Source: Flavobacteriales bacterium
GTDB taxonomy: Bacteria > Bacteroidota > Bacteroidia > Flavobacteriales_F > PHOS-HE28
DNA length: 40,149 nt
Direction: 5' to 3'
NCBI GenBank assembly: GCA_040383865.1
Contig: JBEICT010000003.1
Location: 1 to 40,149, forward strand
Every line of letters starts with the position of its first letter. Position 1 is the first letter of the stretch. A program made the translations under genes and the position numbers. Below are positions 26,078 through 34,938 of the stretch, one piece after another. Under the pieces are notes generated by a model that worked only from the letters and a program-made list of their open reading frames with translations, searched no databases and had not been told where the DNA came from.

Positions 26078-26650
26078 CTATAGCGCGAGTATGTGCGGCA
26101 GCAACAGCCAGGTGACCGTGAGCCCGCCGATAAAGAAACCGATCACCGCCACCAACGAGGGCAACTGCAGGTTGCTGAGCCCGCTGATGGCATGGCCGCT
26201 GGTGCAGCCGCCGGCGTAGCGCGAACCAAAGCCCACCAGGAAACCACCGACCACGATCAGGATGATGCCACGTGCGGTGAGCAACTGTTCCCACCCGAAA
26301 AGCTCCGTGGGTGCGATCCCCGAGGCCCAGCTGTGCAATCCGTTCGCTTCCGCCCAGCCGGTGAAGCTGGGTGCCAGGTCCGGCGGTGTGGATGAGGCCA
26401 GCCAGGTGCTGCCGATGGATCCGCCGATGAGCGCCCCCAGCACGAAGAGCAGGTTCCATAGTTGGGTGCGCCAGTCGAACCGGAAGAAGGGGATGCGCTT
26501 GCCGGCGCCCAGCATGCTGCACGCGGCATGCAGCGTGGCACTGATGCCGAAGCTCTTGCCGAACCACAACAGCATGAGGTACACCGCCGCGATGATCGGT
26601 CCGGCCACGTACCAGGGCCATGGTTGGCGAAGGAATTCGAGCACGCTCAT
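26078..26650 (-). CDS. YeeE/YedE family sulfur-compound transporter subunit
   Basis: PWPWYVAGP, FGISATL, GFGSRYAGGCTSGHAISGLS; start ATG 26650 overlaps USP stop (ATGA). Confidence 0.9.
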   Translation of the reverse strand: MSVLEFLRQPWPWYVAGPIIAAVYLMLLWFGKSFGISATLHAACSMLGAGKRIPFFRFDWRTQLWNLLFVLGALIGGSIGSTWLASSTPPDLAPSFTGWAEANGLHSWASGIAPTELFGWEQLLTARGIILIVVGGFLVGFGSRYAGGCTSGHAISGLSNLQLPSLVAVIGFFIGGLTVTWLLLPHILAL

Positions 26651-27480
26651 TTCACGCGGATGGTGAGGATGGGGATCTTCAGGCTCTTCACCAGATCGAG
26701 GCTTACGCAGCCCTTGATCAATCGGCTGAAGCCACTGCGTCCATGGGTCCGCATGGCCAGCAGGTCGCCGCCGTGCAGTTCGGTCCATTGCAGCACGCCT
26801 TCCTCCACACTGGGGGCTTTCACCACATGCTTGCTGTAGCGGTGCAGGTGGTTCTCGGCGGCGAAGCGGTCCATGTGGGCGCGTACCTCTTCCACGGGCA
26901 GGGTGTCCTTCGGGGTGTTCACGCGGAGCAATTCAACAGTGCTGCCGGCCAGGTCGTGGAAGTCGCGGAGGATGTCGAAGTACTGGTGGTCACGGGTAAA
27001 GGCGTTGGCGAAGATCATCCGGTGCACGCCCTGCCCGGTATGTTCCGCCTTCAGCGAGAGCACAGGGATGTCCGCTCGGCCGATGAGGTGCTCGACCAAC
27101 AGGCCCACGAGCCGGTCGCGCATGCTGTCTCCGCCCTTGGTGCCTACCACCAGCAGGTCGATGGAGAGCTCGTTCACGGTCTCCAGGATGGCATCGGCAA
27201 TGCCGCCGTAGCGCAGGCGTGTCACCACCGGCACATCCACCTGTGCGGCCCACTGCTCCAAGGCCTTGGTGTTGCGCTCTCCGGCCTTCAGGTAGGGCGT
27301 CACGTCCATGGTTCCGTCGTCCACGGGCACGCCTTCGGTGTTCACCGCCATGCCGCCCGGCACGGGCACCACGTTGAGGCCGTAGACCGTTCCGCCGGTG
27401 TGTTTGGCCAGTCTTGCCGCTGCTTTCAGGGCATAGATTGAAAGGGGACTGAGGTCCGTGGGGACAAGGATCCGCCGCAT
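26647..27480 (-). CDS. universal stress protein (tandem USP domains)
   Basis: RILVPTDLS, IDLLVVGTKG, IPVLSLK, DLLAMRTHGRSG. Confidence 0.9.
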   Translation of the reverse strand: MRRILVPTDLSPLSIYALKAAARLAKHTGGTVYGLNVVPVPGGMAVNTEGVPVDDGTMDVTPYLKAGERNTKALEQWAAQVDVPVVTRLRYGGIADAILETVNELSIDLLVVGTKGGDSMRDRLVGLLVEHLIGRADIPVLSLKAEHTGQGVHRMIFANAFTRDHQYFDILRDFHDLAGSTVELLRVNTPKDTLPVEEVRAHMDRFAAENHLHRYSKHVVKAPSVEEGVLQWTELHGGDLLAMRTHGRSGFSRLIKGCVSLDLVKSLKIPILTIRVK

Positions 27481-27547
27481 GGGTGCCAAGATGCCCCATG
27501 TCCGCAAATGGTGGACTGACCTCCGTCAGGAAGTGGATGCCGTGTCC

Positions 27548-28840
27548 TCAGGCCTTCACGCTCCAGCCGTACAGGGGCTTCAGGCGCATCATGCCGTTCA
27601 CCTGGAAGCGGATGCGGCGAAGTTCCTCGTCGTCGTTGGGGTGGCGCAGGGCGTAGTCGATCAGCTCCACGATCTGGCGGCAATCGTTCTCCTTGAGGCC
27701 GCGCGTGGTGATGGCCGCCGTGCCGATGCGGATTCCGCTCGTTACGAAGGGGCTCTTGTCATCGAAGGGCACCATGTTCTTGTTCACGGTGATGTGCGCC
27801 TCGCCCAGTACGCGCTCGGCCTCCTTGCCGGTGATGCCCTTGTTGCGCAGATCGATGAGCATGCAGTGGTTGTCGGTGCCGCCGCTCACCACGTTGTATC
27901 CCTTGTCCATCAGGGCCTTGGCCAGGGTCTGCGCGTTGGCGATCACCTGTTTGCCATAGCCCTCGAAGGCCGGGTCGAGCGCTTCGCCGAAGGCCACCGC
28001 CTTGGCCGCGATCACATGCTCCAGCGGGCCGCCCTGCGTACCGGGGAACACGGCCCCGTCCAGCACCGCGCTCATCATGCGCACCTCGCCTTTCGGGGTG
28101 GTCAGGCCCCAAGGGTTGGGGAAGTCCTGGCCCATCATCATCAGGCCGCCGCGGGGACCGCGCAATGTCTTGTGCGTGGTGGTGGTGACCACATGGCAGT
28201 GGGGCAGCGGGTCGTTCAGCAGTTTGGCGGCGATCAGTCCGGCGGGATGGCTCACATCGGCGAGCAGGATGGCGCCCACTTCATCGGCAATGGCGCGGAA
28301 GGCCGCATAGTCCCAATCGCGGCTGTAGGCGCTGGCACCGCAGATGATGAGCTTCGGTTTTTCGGCCAGGGCCTTTTCGCGGACCTTGGCCATGTCCACC
28401 AGGCCGGTGGCCTGTTCAACGCCATAGAAGGTGGCGCGGTACAGCTTGCCGCTGAAGTTCACCGGACTGCCGTGGGTGAGGTGGCCACCGTGGCTCAGAT
28501 CGAAACCAAGGATGGTGTCGCCGGGCTTCAGGCAGGCCAGCATCACGGCCGCGTTGGCCTGCGCGCCGCTGTGGGGCTGCACGTTGGCCCAGTCCGCACC
28601 GAAGAGCTTCTTCACCCGCTCAATGGCCAGGTTCTCCACGGCGTCCACATGCTCGCATCCACCGTAGTAGCGCTTGCCCGGCAGCCCTTCGGCGTATTTG
28701 TTGGTGAGCACCGAGCCCATGGCCTCCATCACCGCCTCGCTCACGTAGTTCTCGCTCGCGATCAGCTCCAGCCCGATGGTCTGGCGCCATTTCTCCTGTT
28801 CAATGACGTCGAAGACCGCGGTGTCGCGTTGGTTGCTCAT
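27548..28840 (-). CDS. glyA: serine hydroxymethyltransferase
   Basis: [47 protein letters not shown]; start trimmed to ATG 28840. Confidence 0.98.
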   Translation of the reverse strand: MSNQRDTAVFDVIEQEKWRQTIGLELIASENYVSEAVMEAMGSVLTNKYAEGLPGKRYYGGCEHVDAVENLAIERVKKLFGADWANVQPHSGAQANAAVMLACLKPGDTILGFDLSHGGHLTHGSPVNFSGKLYRATFYGVEQATGLVDMAKVREKALAEKPKLIICGASAYSRDWDYAAFRAIADEVGAILLADVSHPAGLIAAKLLNDPLPHCHVVTTTTHKTLRGPRGGLMMMGQDFPNPWGLTTPKGEVRMMSAVLDGAVFPGTQGGPLEHVIAAKAVAFGEALDPAFEGYGKQVIANAQTLAKALMDKGYNVVSGGTDNHCMLIDLRNKGITGKEAERVLGEAHITVNKNMVPFDDKSPFVTSGIRIGTAAITTRGLKENDCRQIVELIDYALRHPNDDEELRRIRFQVNGMMRLKPLYGWSVKA

Positions 28841-28877
28841 GATGGTGAAGGATCGGGGCCGCACGTTGCGGACCGTC

Positions 28878-28885
28878 CAAAGGTA
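28878..28885 (-). promoter_or_regulatory. Bacteroidota -7 promoter element of glyA
   Basis: TACCTTTG 37 nt upstream of ATG. Confidence 0.6.
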
Positions 28886-28896
28886 GCCGCGCGCAG

Positions 28897-29358
28897 CTAT
28901 TCGGACCGCCGGCCTGGCAACAGCGCGGCCGCCCAGAGCAGGAAGAGCACTACCGGGTATTGCAGCAGGTGCAGCAGCTTCACCGATACGCCATAGAGCG
29001 GTGGTAGCTGGGCGGACAAGGCCTGCAGGACCAGGGCGAGCGCTCCCACGGACGTGAACCCGATCACCAGCGCCGTGCGGTACCGATGATCGCCGAACAC
29101 CAGGCGCGCCATGCCGATGCACAGCACCAGCATGCTGGCGCTCATGGCTACGGCCAGTGCCCACTTGAGGCGCACCAAGGCGCCCAGGCCAAGCCCTTCG
29201 GTCCACCCGCGGAACAGGGAGTGGGCGTAGGACACGGTGCGGTGGTGCTCCACGAAGTCGATCTGGTAGTTCAGGTTCACCAGCAGGAAATCGCGAACGG
29301 CACCCAGCGCCACGGCAATGGCCAGGATCAACAGGATGCCGATACGCCGCCGGGTCAT
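28897..29358 (-). CDS. exosortase-associated membrane protein
   Basis: 4 predicted TM segments; [15 protein letters not shown] and LQYP motifs; ATGA overlap with exosortase stop. Confidence 0.7.
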   Translation of the reverse strand: MTRRRIGILLILAIAVALGAVRDFLLVNLNYQIDFVEHHRTVSYAHSLFRGWTEGLGLGALVRLKWALAVAMSASMLVLCIGMARLVFGDHRYRTALVIGFTSVGALALVLQALSAQLPPLYGVSVKLLHLLQYPVVLFLLWAAALLPGRRSE

Positions 29359-29912
29359 GCGGGTCGGGCCTTCGGCGTGGTGGGCGCGAACCGCTTCACC
29401 CAGATGGCCCAGAGCAGGAACACCCAGCCATAGACCACTACATAGAAGGTGTAGTCGTGATTGAAGGTGAGCAGTTCATAGTCGTACCGCGCCACGATCA
29501 CCAGTACCACGATGCGTAGCACGTTGATGAGGTGGATGGAGATCAGGCCCGCGGCCCCGAACCAGAGCTTGTGGCGACAGGGACCGGGGTAGGCGGCCAG
29601 GAAGATGAGGTAAACGGCGAACAGGCTCACGCCGTTGCAGGGGTCGCCGATCCAGAGATGGCTGCCACCCTGGATGCCGATGTAGCGGTTGCTGTCGAAC
29701 TGCGGCTCGGGCAACAGGGTGTAGCCCAACGCCTCCAACGTGCCGCCGGACAGCAGCATGAGGTTGTCGATCACCGCGCGATCAAGCGTTCCTTGGGGAT
29801 GCAGTACGAGTTCGTAAAGCAGGTACCAGCCCACGTAGAGCAGGGCGGCCAAGAGAAAGAAAAGGACCACGGGGTCGCGCTTCGCCACCCGGGGGGTGGG
29901 AAGAGGGGACAT
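29355..29912 (-). CDS. exosortase/archaeosortase family transpeptidase (XrtX/XrtF-like)
   Basis: catalytic triad Cys (IGDPCNG), Arg (INVLRI), His (FNHDYTF); multi-TM; ATG 29912 in TGATG overlap with upstream small gene. Confidence 0.88.
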   Translation of the reverse strand: MSPLPTPRVAKRDPVVLFFLLAALLYVGWYLLYELVLHPQGTLDRAVIDNLMLLSGGTLEALGYTLLPEPQFDSNRYIGIQGGSHLWIGDPCNGVSLFAVYLIFLAAYPGPCRHKLWFGAAGLISIHLINVLRIVVLVIVARYDYELLTFNHDYTFYVVVYGWVFLLWAIWVKRFAPTTPKARPA

Positions 29913-30121
29913 CACTTATCGGAGTTGGCGGAGCGACGCAGCTCCATGGCCTTTCGGCCACCCAGCAAAGCACCGGCGGCGATCAACCCACCAATACCAC
30001 CATCGATGGGGATACAGGGCGGGGGCCAGCAGGGGGGCGGACCTCCACCTGGCTGGGCCAAGGCGACCAAAGGGCCTACCACAAGGGCCAACGTCAGAAG
30101 GAGACGAAAGGGTCGAAGCAT
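29912..30121 (-). CDS. small PID-CTERM protein-sorting-signal protein (exosortase substrate)
   Basis: signal peptide ..ALA-Q, 15-aa Pro/Gly/Cys core, then PIDGG + TM (IGGLIAAGALLGG) + basic tail (RK..RR); own -7 box and coupling to exosortase. Confidence 0.82.
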   Translation of the reverse strand: MLRPFRLLLTLALVVGPLVALAQPGGGPPPCWPPPCIPIDGGIGGLIAAGALLGGRKAMELRRSANSDK

Positions 30122-30149
30122 GATGGGCTTACCAGAGAACAACTGCCGC

Positions 30150-30157
30150 CAAACTTA
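30150..30157 (-). promoter_or_regulatory. -7 promoter element of exosortase operon
   Basis: TAAGTTTG, exact consensus, 28 nt before ATG 30121. Confidence 0.6.
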
Positions 30158-30180
30158 ACACAATCGGCCGGACCGCGCAG

Positions 30181-30200
30181 AACTTGTTGCTCAACAAGTT
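30181..30200. promoter_or_regulatory. perfect palindrome between divergent promoters (putative operator)
   Basis: AACTTGTTG-ct-CAACAAGTT, AT-rich in a GC-rich context. Confidence 0.45.
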
Positions 30201-30249
30201 ATCCACCGCCACCAGCGCATGGTTCCGATCGCCGGACCGTTGGGCCGCC

Positions 30250-30257
30250 TATATTTG
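30250..30257 (+). promoter_or_regulatory. -7 promoter element of polysaccharide operon
   Basis: TATATTTG, exact consensus, 69 nt before wzc-like ATG. Confidence 0.6.
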
Positions 30258-30326
30258 CCCGTCCCGGCCACAAGCACCAACTGCCGGGGTAGAGGGCCCG
30301 TCCGTCCGTGGGGCCGATCCCGTTCA

Positions 30327-32750
30327 ATGGCCTCACCCAAACCCCAGCAGCGCGGCAGTATCATCGACGCAAAGGACCTGCGTCAGTACCTCCGCGTCGC
30401 CTCCAAGAACTGGTACTTCGTCGCCGTGGCGCTGGTGCTCTCCGGCGTGCTGTCCTACCTCTACAGCTATAAGCTGCCCGATATCTATGGGGCCACCACC
30501 CAGGTGCTGCTCAAGGATAACGAGGTGTACGACTACCAGACCTCGATGTACAAGAGCCTGGGCTACGTCGGCGCATATGGCGACATCGTCAACCAGAAGC
30601 GCGTGCTCACCTCGTACGATCTGGTGAACGCCACCCTCGACCGCCTCGATTTCGACGTGTCCTACTTCATCGTGGGGCGCTTCAAGACCTCGCAGGTGTA
30701 TGCCACGCAGCCCTTCACCGTGGAGATGGACGTGTTCAACGGCAAGCTGTACGAACGCCCCATCGACCTGCGCATCATCGACACCAAACGGTACGCCATC
30801 AGCTATGACCTGGGCGGGGCCATTGTCACCAAGGAGTACCCCTTCGACCAGATGGTGCAGGAGCAGGAGTATACCCTGAAGGTGGTGCGGTCGCCGTACG
30901 TGAACGAGCAGACCATCAACACGCTGGCCGCCACGGACTACCAGTTCATTCGCCACGAGCGTTCTGCGCAGGTGAAGCGCTGCATCGAGCGCATGAAGGT
31001 GCTGAACCACGACTACACCACCATCCTGGAGGTGACCATGGAGGACGAGGTGGCCATCCGGGCCAAGTTGTTCCTGGACACCCTTTCCAAGGTATATATC
31101 CAATACACCCTCCAGAGCGAGTTCGACATCAATGAGAACACACTGGGCTACATCGACAAGCAGCTGGCCGAGGTGACGGTGATCCTGGAGGAGCACGAGG
31201 GCGAGCTTCAGAACTACAAGGAGAGCAAGGACATCATCGACCTGCCGCGAGAGGAGAGCCTTTTCTTCAACGAAATGGTGCGCTTCGATAACCAGAAGCG
31301 CCGCATGGAACTGGACATTCAATCGCTGGACGCACTGGAGGATTATGTGCTGCACAGCGACGATGAGCGGCTGTTGCCCCCGGCCACCTTCATCATGGAG
31401 GACGCGTTCCTTCGGTCCACGCTCAGCGAGCTGTATGAGCGGCAGATGCAACGCAACCGCATGCTCTTCCAGGGCACACCATACAACATCAGCATCCAGC
31501 AGCTCGATTCCACGGTGCAGTACATCCGGGGGAACCTGCTGGGCTACATCAAGAACTCGCGCAACGCGCTGCGGGGCAAGATCCACGACGTGGAGATGCA
31601 GGTGGCCGATTACGAGGGAATGCTGCGCAGCCTGCCCAAGAGCCAGCGCGACATCATCAAGATCCAGCGGCGTGTGCAGGTGAACGAGAAGATGTACCTC
31701 TTCCTGTTGGAGAAGCGCGCCAGTACCGTGATCGCCAGGGCCGGTATCATTCCCCAGACCAAGGTGATCGAGAGCGCGCGATCGCTGGGCGTGGTGCGTC
31801 CGGACAAGATGCGCATCTTCTACACCTTCATGCTCGGCGGGCTCATCATCTCGCTGTTGGTGGTGTTCGTGCGTGTGATGTTCTACGACCGCATCGAGAA
31901 CATGGACCAGTTGAAGGAGCTCACCACCCTGCCCATCTACGGCGAGGTGGTCGTGAGCGATAAGGCCGAGGAGAACTACGTGGTGGTGGACAGCGATCCC
32001 AAGGCGGCCATCACGGAGAGCTTCCGTACGGTGCGCACCAACCTGGAGTACATACCCAGCCCCGAGGGCCGTGGCAAGGTGGTGATGACCACCAGCTACC
32101 GCCCCAACGAGGGCAAGACCTTCTGCTCGGTGAATCTCAGCGCCATCCTGGCCAAGGCGGGCAAGCGCGTGCTGCTGCTGGAGCTCGATCTGCACAAGCC
32201 CAAGGTGGGTGCCGGCCTGGGCATGTCCAGCACTGTGGGCCTCAGCAACGTGCTTATCGGCAAGGTCCATTGGCGTGATTGTGTGCTGCACTCGCAGTTC
32301 GAGAATTTCGATGTGCTGCTCGCCGGCCCCACGCCGCCCAACGCCTCGGAGCTTATCCTCAGCAAACACCTGGAGGCCCTGTTCCGCGAGGCCAGCCTCG
32401 AATACGATTATGTGATGGTGGACACCCCGCCCGTGGGCCTCATCACCGATGCCCTGCTGATGATGCGCCACGTGGACGCCACGCTCTTCGTGCTGAACAC
32501 GCGCTTCGCCAACAAGGACCACGTGAACAATGCCCTGGAGGCCCTGGCCGGCAACCCCACGAAGAACACCGGCTTCATCCTGAACGGGGTGCGGATGAAG
32601 AAGAGCAAGTATTACTACAACACCAACTACGGCTACGGATACCGCTATGCCTATGGCTATGGCACCGGCTATGGCTACGGTTACGGCTACGGCAGGCGCA
32701 GCAAGCGGTCCAAGGAGGATGGTGGTAAAGGCACGGATACCCGCGCATGA
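30327..32750 (+). CDS. wzc: polysaccharide co-polymerase / tyrosine autokinase (Wzc-like, PCP-2a)
   Basis: two TM flanking a coiled-coil periplasmic domain; ESFRTVRTNL, Walker A PNEGKT, A' LLELDLHKP, B VMVDTPP; C-terminal Tyr cluster. Confidence 0.92.
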   Translation: MASPKPQQRGSIIDAKDLRQYLRVASKNWYFVAVALVLSGVLSYLYSYKLPDIYGATTQVLLKDNEVYDYQTSMYKSLGYVGAYGDIVNQKRVLTSYDLVNATLDRLDFDVSYFIVGRFKTSQVYATQPFTVEMDVFNGKLYERPIDLRIIDTKRYAISYDLGGAIVTKEYPFDQMVQEQEYTLKVVRSPYVNEQTINTLAATDYQFIRHERSAQVKRCIERMKVLNHDYTTILEVTMEDEVAIRAKLFLDTLSKVYIQYTLQSEFDINENTLGYIDKQLAEVTVILEEHEGELQNYKESKDIIDLPREESLFFNEMVRFDNQKRRMELDIQSLDALEDYVLHSDDERLLPPATFIMEDAFLRSTLSELYERQMQRNRMLFQGTPYNISIQQLDSTVQYIRGNLLGYIKNSRNALRGKIHDVEMQVADYEGMLRSLPKSQRDIIKIQRRVQVNEKMYLFLLEKRASTVIARAGIIPQTKVIESARSLGVVRPDKMRIFYTFMLGGLIISLLVVFVRVMFYDRIENMDQLKELTTLPIYGEVVVSDKAEENYVVVDSDPKAAITESFRTVRTNLEYIPSPEGRGKVVMTTSYRPNEGKTFCSVNLSAILAKAGKRVLLLELDLHKPKVGAGLGMSSTVGLSNVLIGKVHWRDCVLHSQFENFDVLLAGPTPPNASELILSKHLEALFREASLEYDYVMVDTPPVGLITDALLMMRHVDATLFVLNTRFANKDHVNNALEALAGNPTKNTGFILNGVRMKKSKYYYNTNYGYGYRYAYGYGTGYGYGYGYGRRSKRSKEDGGKGTDTRA

Positions 32751-33652
32751 TCCGTGGTGATATGGACGTGCGCAGGTTGAGCGAAACGAACGGTGGTCGT
32801 GACCAGGAGCTTCCGTTGCGGGTGTATTCCCCGGAGGCCTTGATCCGTTCCCCGCGCACGTTGTTCGCCGACATGGCGCATGACCTCTGGCGGTCCCGTG
32901 AACTGGCCTGGCGGTTGGCGATCCGGGATGTGCGCTCGCAATACCGCGGATCCCTGTTGGGCTATTTCTGGGCCTTTATCACTCCGTTGTTCAGCACTGC
33001 GGTCTGGGTGTTCCTGAGCGCCACCGGCGTGGTGAAGGTGGCCAGTACCGATATCCCCTATCCTGCATACGTGTTCTCGGGGACCATGCTCTGGCAGATC
33101 TTCACCGAGGCGTTGAGCTCACCACTTGGGCAGATCAATGCAAGCAGGAGCATGTTGGCCAAGTTGAATTTCCCCCGGGAGGCGCTCATCCTCAGTGGTG
33201 CGATCAAGGTGATCTTCAACGCCGTTGTGAAGGTGATGGTCCTGGTGCCCGCGCTTTTCCTGTTCGGTGTATTTCCGGATGCGCATATGGTATACTTCCC
33301 ATTGGCCGTGGGCGTGCTCATTCTGGTCGGCCTTTCCGTAGGCCTTTTGCTCGCCCCCTTGGGTACCCTGTATACCGATATCGGCCGGTTCATTCCGTTG
33401 GTCACCCAATTGCTCATGTATCTCACCCCCGTCGTGTTCGCCATGCCGACCGCCGGCACCATGGCGCGATTGTTCGGGGCGAATCCACTGACACCGGTTG
33501 TGCTCACTGCCCGCGCCTGGCTTACAGGTGCTGAAAGCCCCATGTTCACCTATTTCCTGGCCGTCGCAGGATGTGCGTCGGTCCTGCTGTTGATCGGTTG
33601 GTTCCTGTATCGTATCACCATGCCCGTTCTGATCGAGCGGATGAGTTCCTGA
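32747..33652 (+). CDS. polysaccharide ABC transporter permease (Wzm-like)
   Basis: RDVRSQYRGSLLGYFWAFITP, KLNFPRE, MYLTPVVF, NPLTP; ATGA overlap with wzc (alternative start 32762). Confidence 0.9.
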   Translation: MIRGDMDVRRLSETNGGRDQELPLRVYSPEALIRSPRTLFADMAHDLWRSRELAWRLAIRDVRSQYRGSLLGYFWAFITPLFSTAVWVFLSATGVVKVASTDIPYPAYVFSGTMLWQIFTEALSSPLGQINASRSMLAKLNFPREALILSGAIKVIFNAVVKVMVLVPALFLFGVFPDAHMVYFPLAVGVLILVGLSVGLLLAPLGTLYTDIGRFIPLVTQLLMYLTPVVFAMPTAGTMARLFGANPLTPVVLTARAWLTGAESPMFTYFLAVAGCASVLLLIGWFLYRITMPVLIERMSS

Positions 33653-33654
33653 GC

Positions 33655-34866
33655 ATGAAAGAAGCGGCACTCATCAAGGTGGAAGGCGTCTCCAAGAAGT
33701 TCTGCCGGGACCTGAAGACCTCCCTGCGGTATGGTGTCATGGATGTCAAGGATGAGCTGCTTGGTCGGTCCCGGACGAGCGAACTTCGAAAGAAGGAGTT
33801 CTGGGCCGTGCATGATGTGTCCTTCGAACTTCATCGCGGCGAATGTTTGGGATTGATCGGGCACAACGGTGCGGGCAAGACCACCCTGCTGCGGATATTG
33901 AACGGGTTGATCAAGCCCGATTTCGGCCGTATCGAGATCCGTGGACAGGTGGGTGCGCTTATTGCCTTGGGTGCCGGGTTCAATCCCATACTCACCGGGC
34001 GGGAGAACATCTACATCAATGCCTCGGTACTGGGGCTCACCCGGAGGCAGGTCGACGAGCGGATCGAGGAGATCATCGATTTCGCCGAGATGGCCGAGTT
34101 CATCGACATGCCCGTGCAGCACTACAGTTCGGGCATGACCGTGCGGCTCGGGTTCGCCGTGGCCGCCATCCTCATCGAACCGGATATCCTCTTCCTGGAC
34201 GAGGTCCTGGCCGTTGGTGACATCGGATTCACCATCAAATGCCTGAACCGGGTGCGCCAGCTGATGCGGACCTCCGCGGTCGTCTTCGTTTCGCACAGCA
34301 TGCCGTTCATCTCCTCGTTCTGTACCAGGGTGCTGGTCATGGACCACGGACGCACTGTTCTCGACACCACGGAAACTGGGCGTGCCATCAACCACTATTA
34401 CGGGCTCGCCGCCAGCGCCGCCCAGGTGTCGGGCACGGGTGGTGCCGAGGTGCTGGGCATCCGGATGTCCGCCGATGGTGTGGAGTACGGGGGAGGGGTC
34501 CCCAGCATCGCACAAGGCGCCGAGGTGATCGTCACGCTGCAGGTCCGGGTGGCACACGGCCGCACGGCGGACCAGATCACCCTCTTCGTGGACGATGCGA
34601 CCATGAGCAACCTGCTCGCGGTGCCCGTGAAGGATGGGAACGGGGCCTACATCGCTCTTGGGGCCGGTATACATACGCTGAGGATTCCGGTGGGCCGGTT
34701 GGAATTGAACGCCGGCCGCTATTCCTTCATGGTCTATCTGCGCGATGCCAGCGACCAGACCGGTCTCTGCCGCCACCAGGGTCTGCTGCCCTTCAGCGTG
34801 CATGCCGAGCGGGTGTTCTGGTCGCGCTTTGTGCGGGAGGGCGTTTCCGAGCAGCTGCCCGGTTGA
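33655..34866 (+). CDS. polysaccharide ABC transporter ATPase with C-terminal extension (Wzt-like)
   Basis: FWAVHDVSF, GHNGAGKTT, YSSGMTVRLGFA, FLDEVLAVGD, VSHS; ~150-aa beta-rich C-domain with LNAGRYSF. Confidence 0.92.
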   Translation: MKEAALIKVEGVSKKFCRDLKTSLRYGVMDVKDELLGRSRTSELRKKEFWAVHDVSFELHRGECLGLIGHNGAGKTTLLRILNGLIKPDFGRIEIRGQVGALIALGAGFNPILTGRENIYINASVLGLTRRQVDERIEEIIDFAEMAEFIDMPVQHYSSGMTVRLGFAVAAILIEPDILFLDEVLAVGDIGFTIKCLNRVRQLMRTSAVVFVSHSMPFISSFCTRVLVMDHGRTVLDTTETGRAINHYYGLAASAAQVSGTGGAEVLGIRMSADGVEYGGGVPSIAQGAEVIVTLQVRVAHGRTADQITLFVDDATMSNLLAVPVKDGNGAYIALGAGIHTLRIPVGRLELNAGRYSFMVYLRDASDQTGLCRHQGLLPFSVHAERVFWSRFVREGVSEQLPG

Positions 34867-34938
34867 TGATGGCGTGAACGAGCCTTCTGAAGCCAAGCAC
34901 CCTTACAACCGCCCCTCCTCCTTAATATTGCCAGGACC

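Noticed and set aside
27458-28996. 512-aa plus-strand ORF
   Set aside because: Antisense shadow of glyA; high-GC codon bias suppresses stops; no motifs
28841-29206. apparent 122-aa N-terminal extension of GlyA
   Set aside because: Overlaps the exosortase-partner gene in another frame; a -7 box at 28878-28885 supports the start at 28840
30199-30207. DnaA-box-like TTATCCACC as a replication origin
   Set aside because: Single imperfect box, no box cluster or AT-rich unwinding element
30333-32522. 729-aa minus-strand ORF
   Set aside because: Antisense shadow of wzc with His/Leu/Val-rich shadow composition
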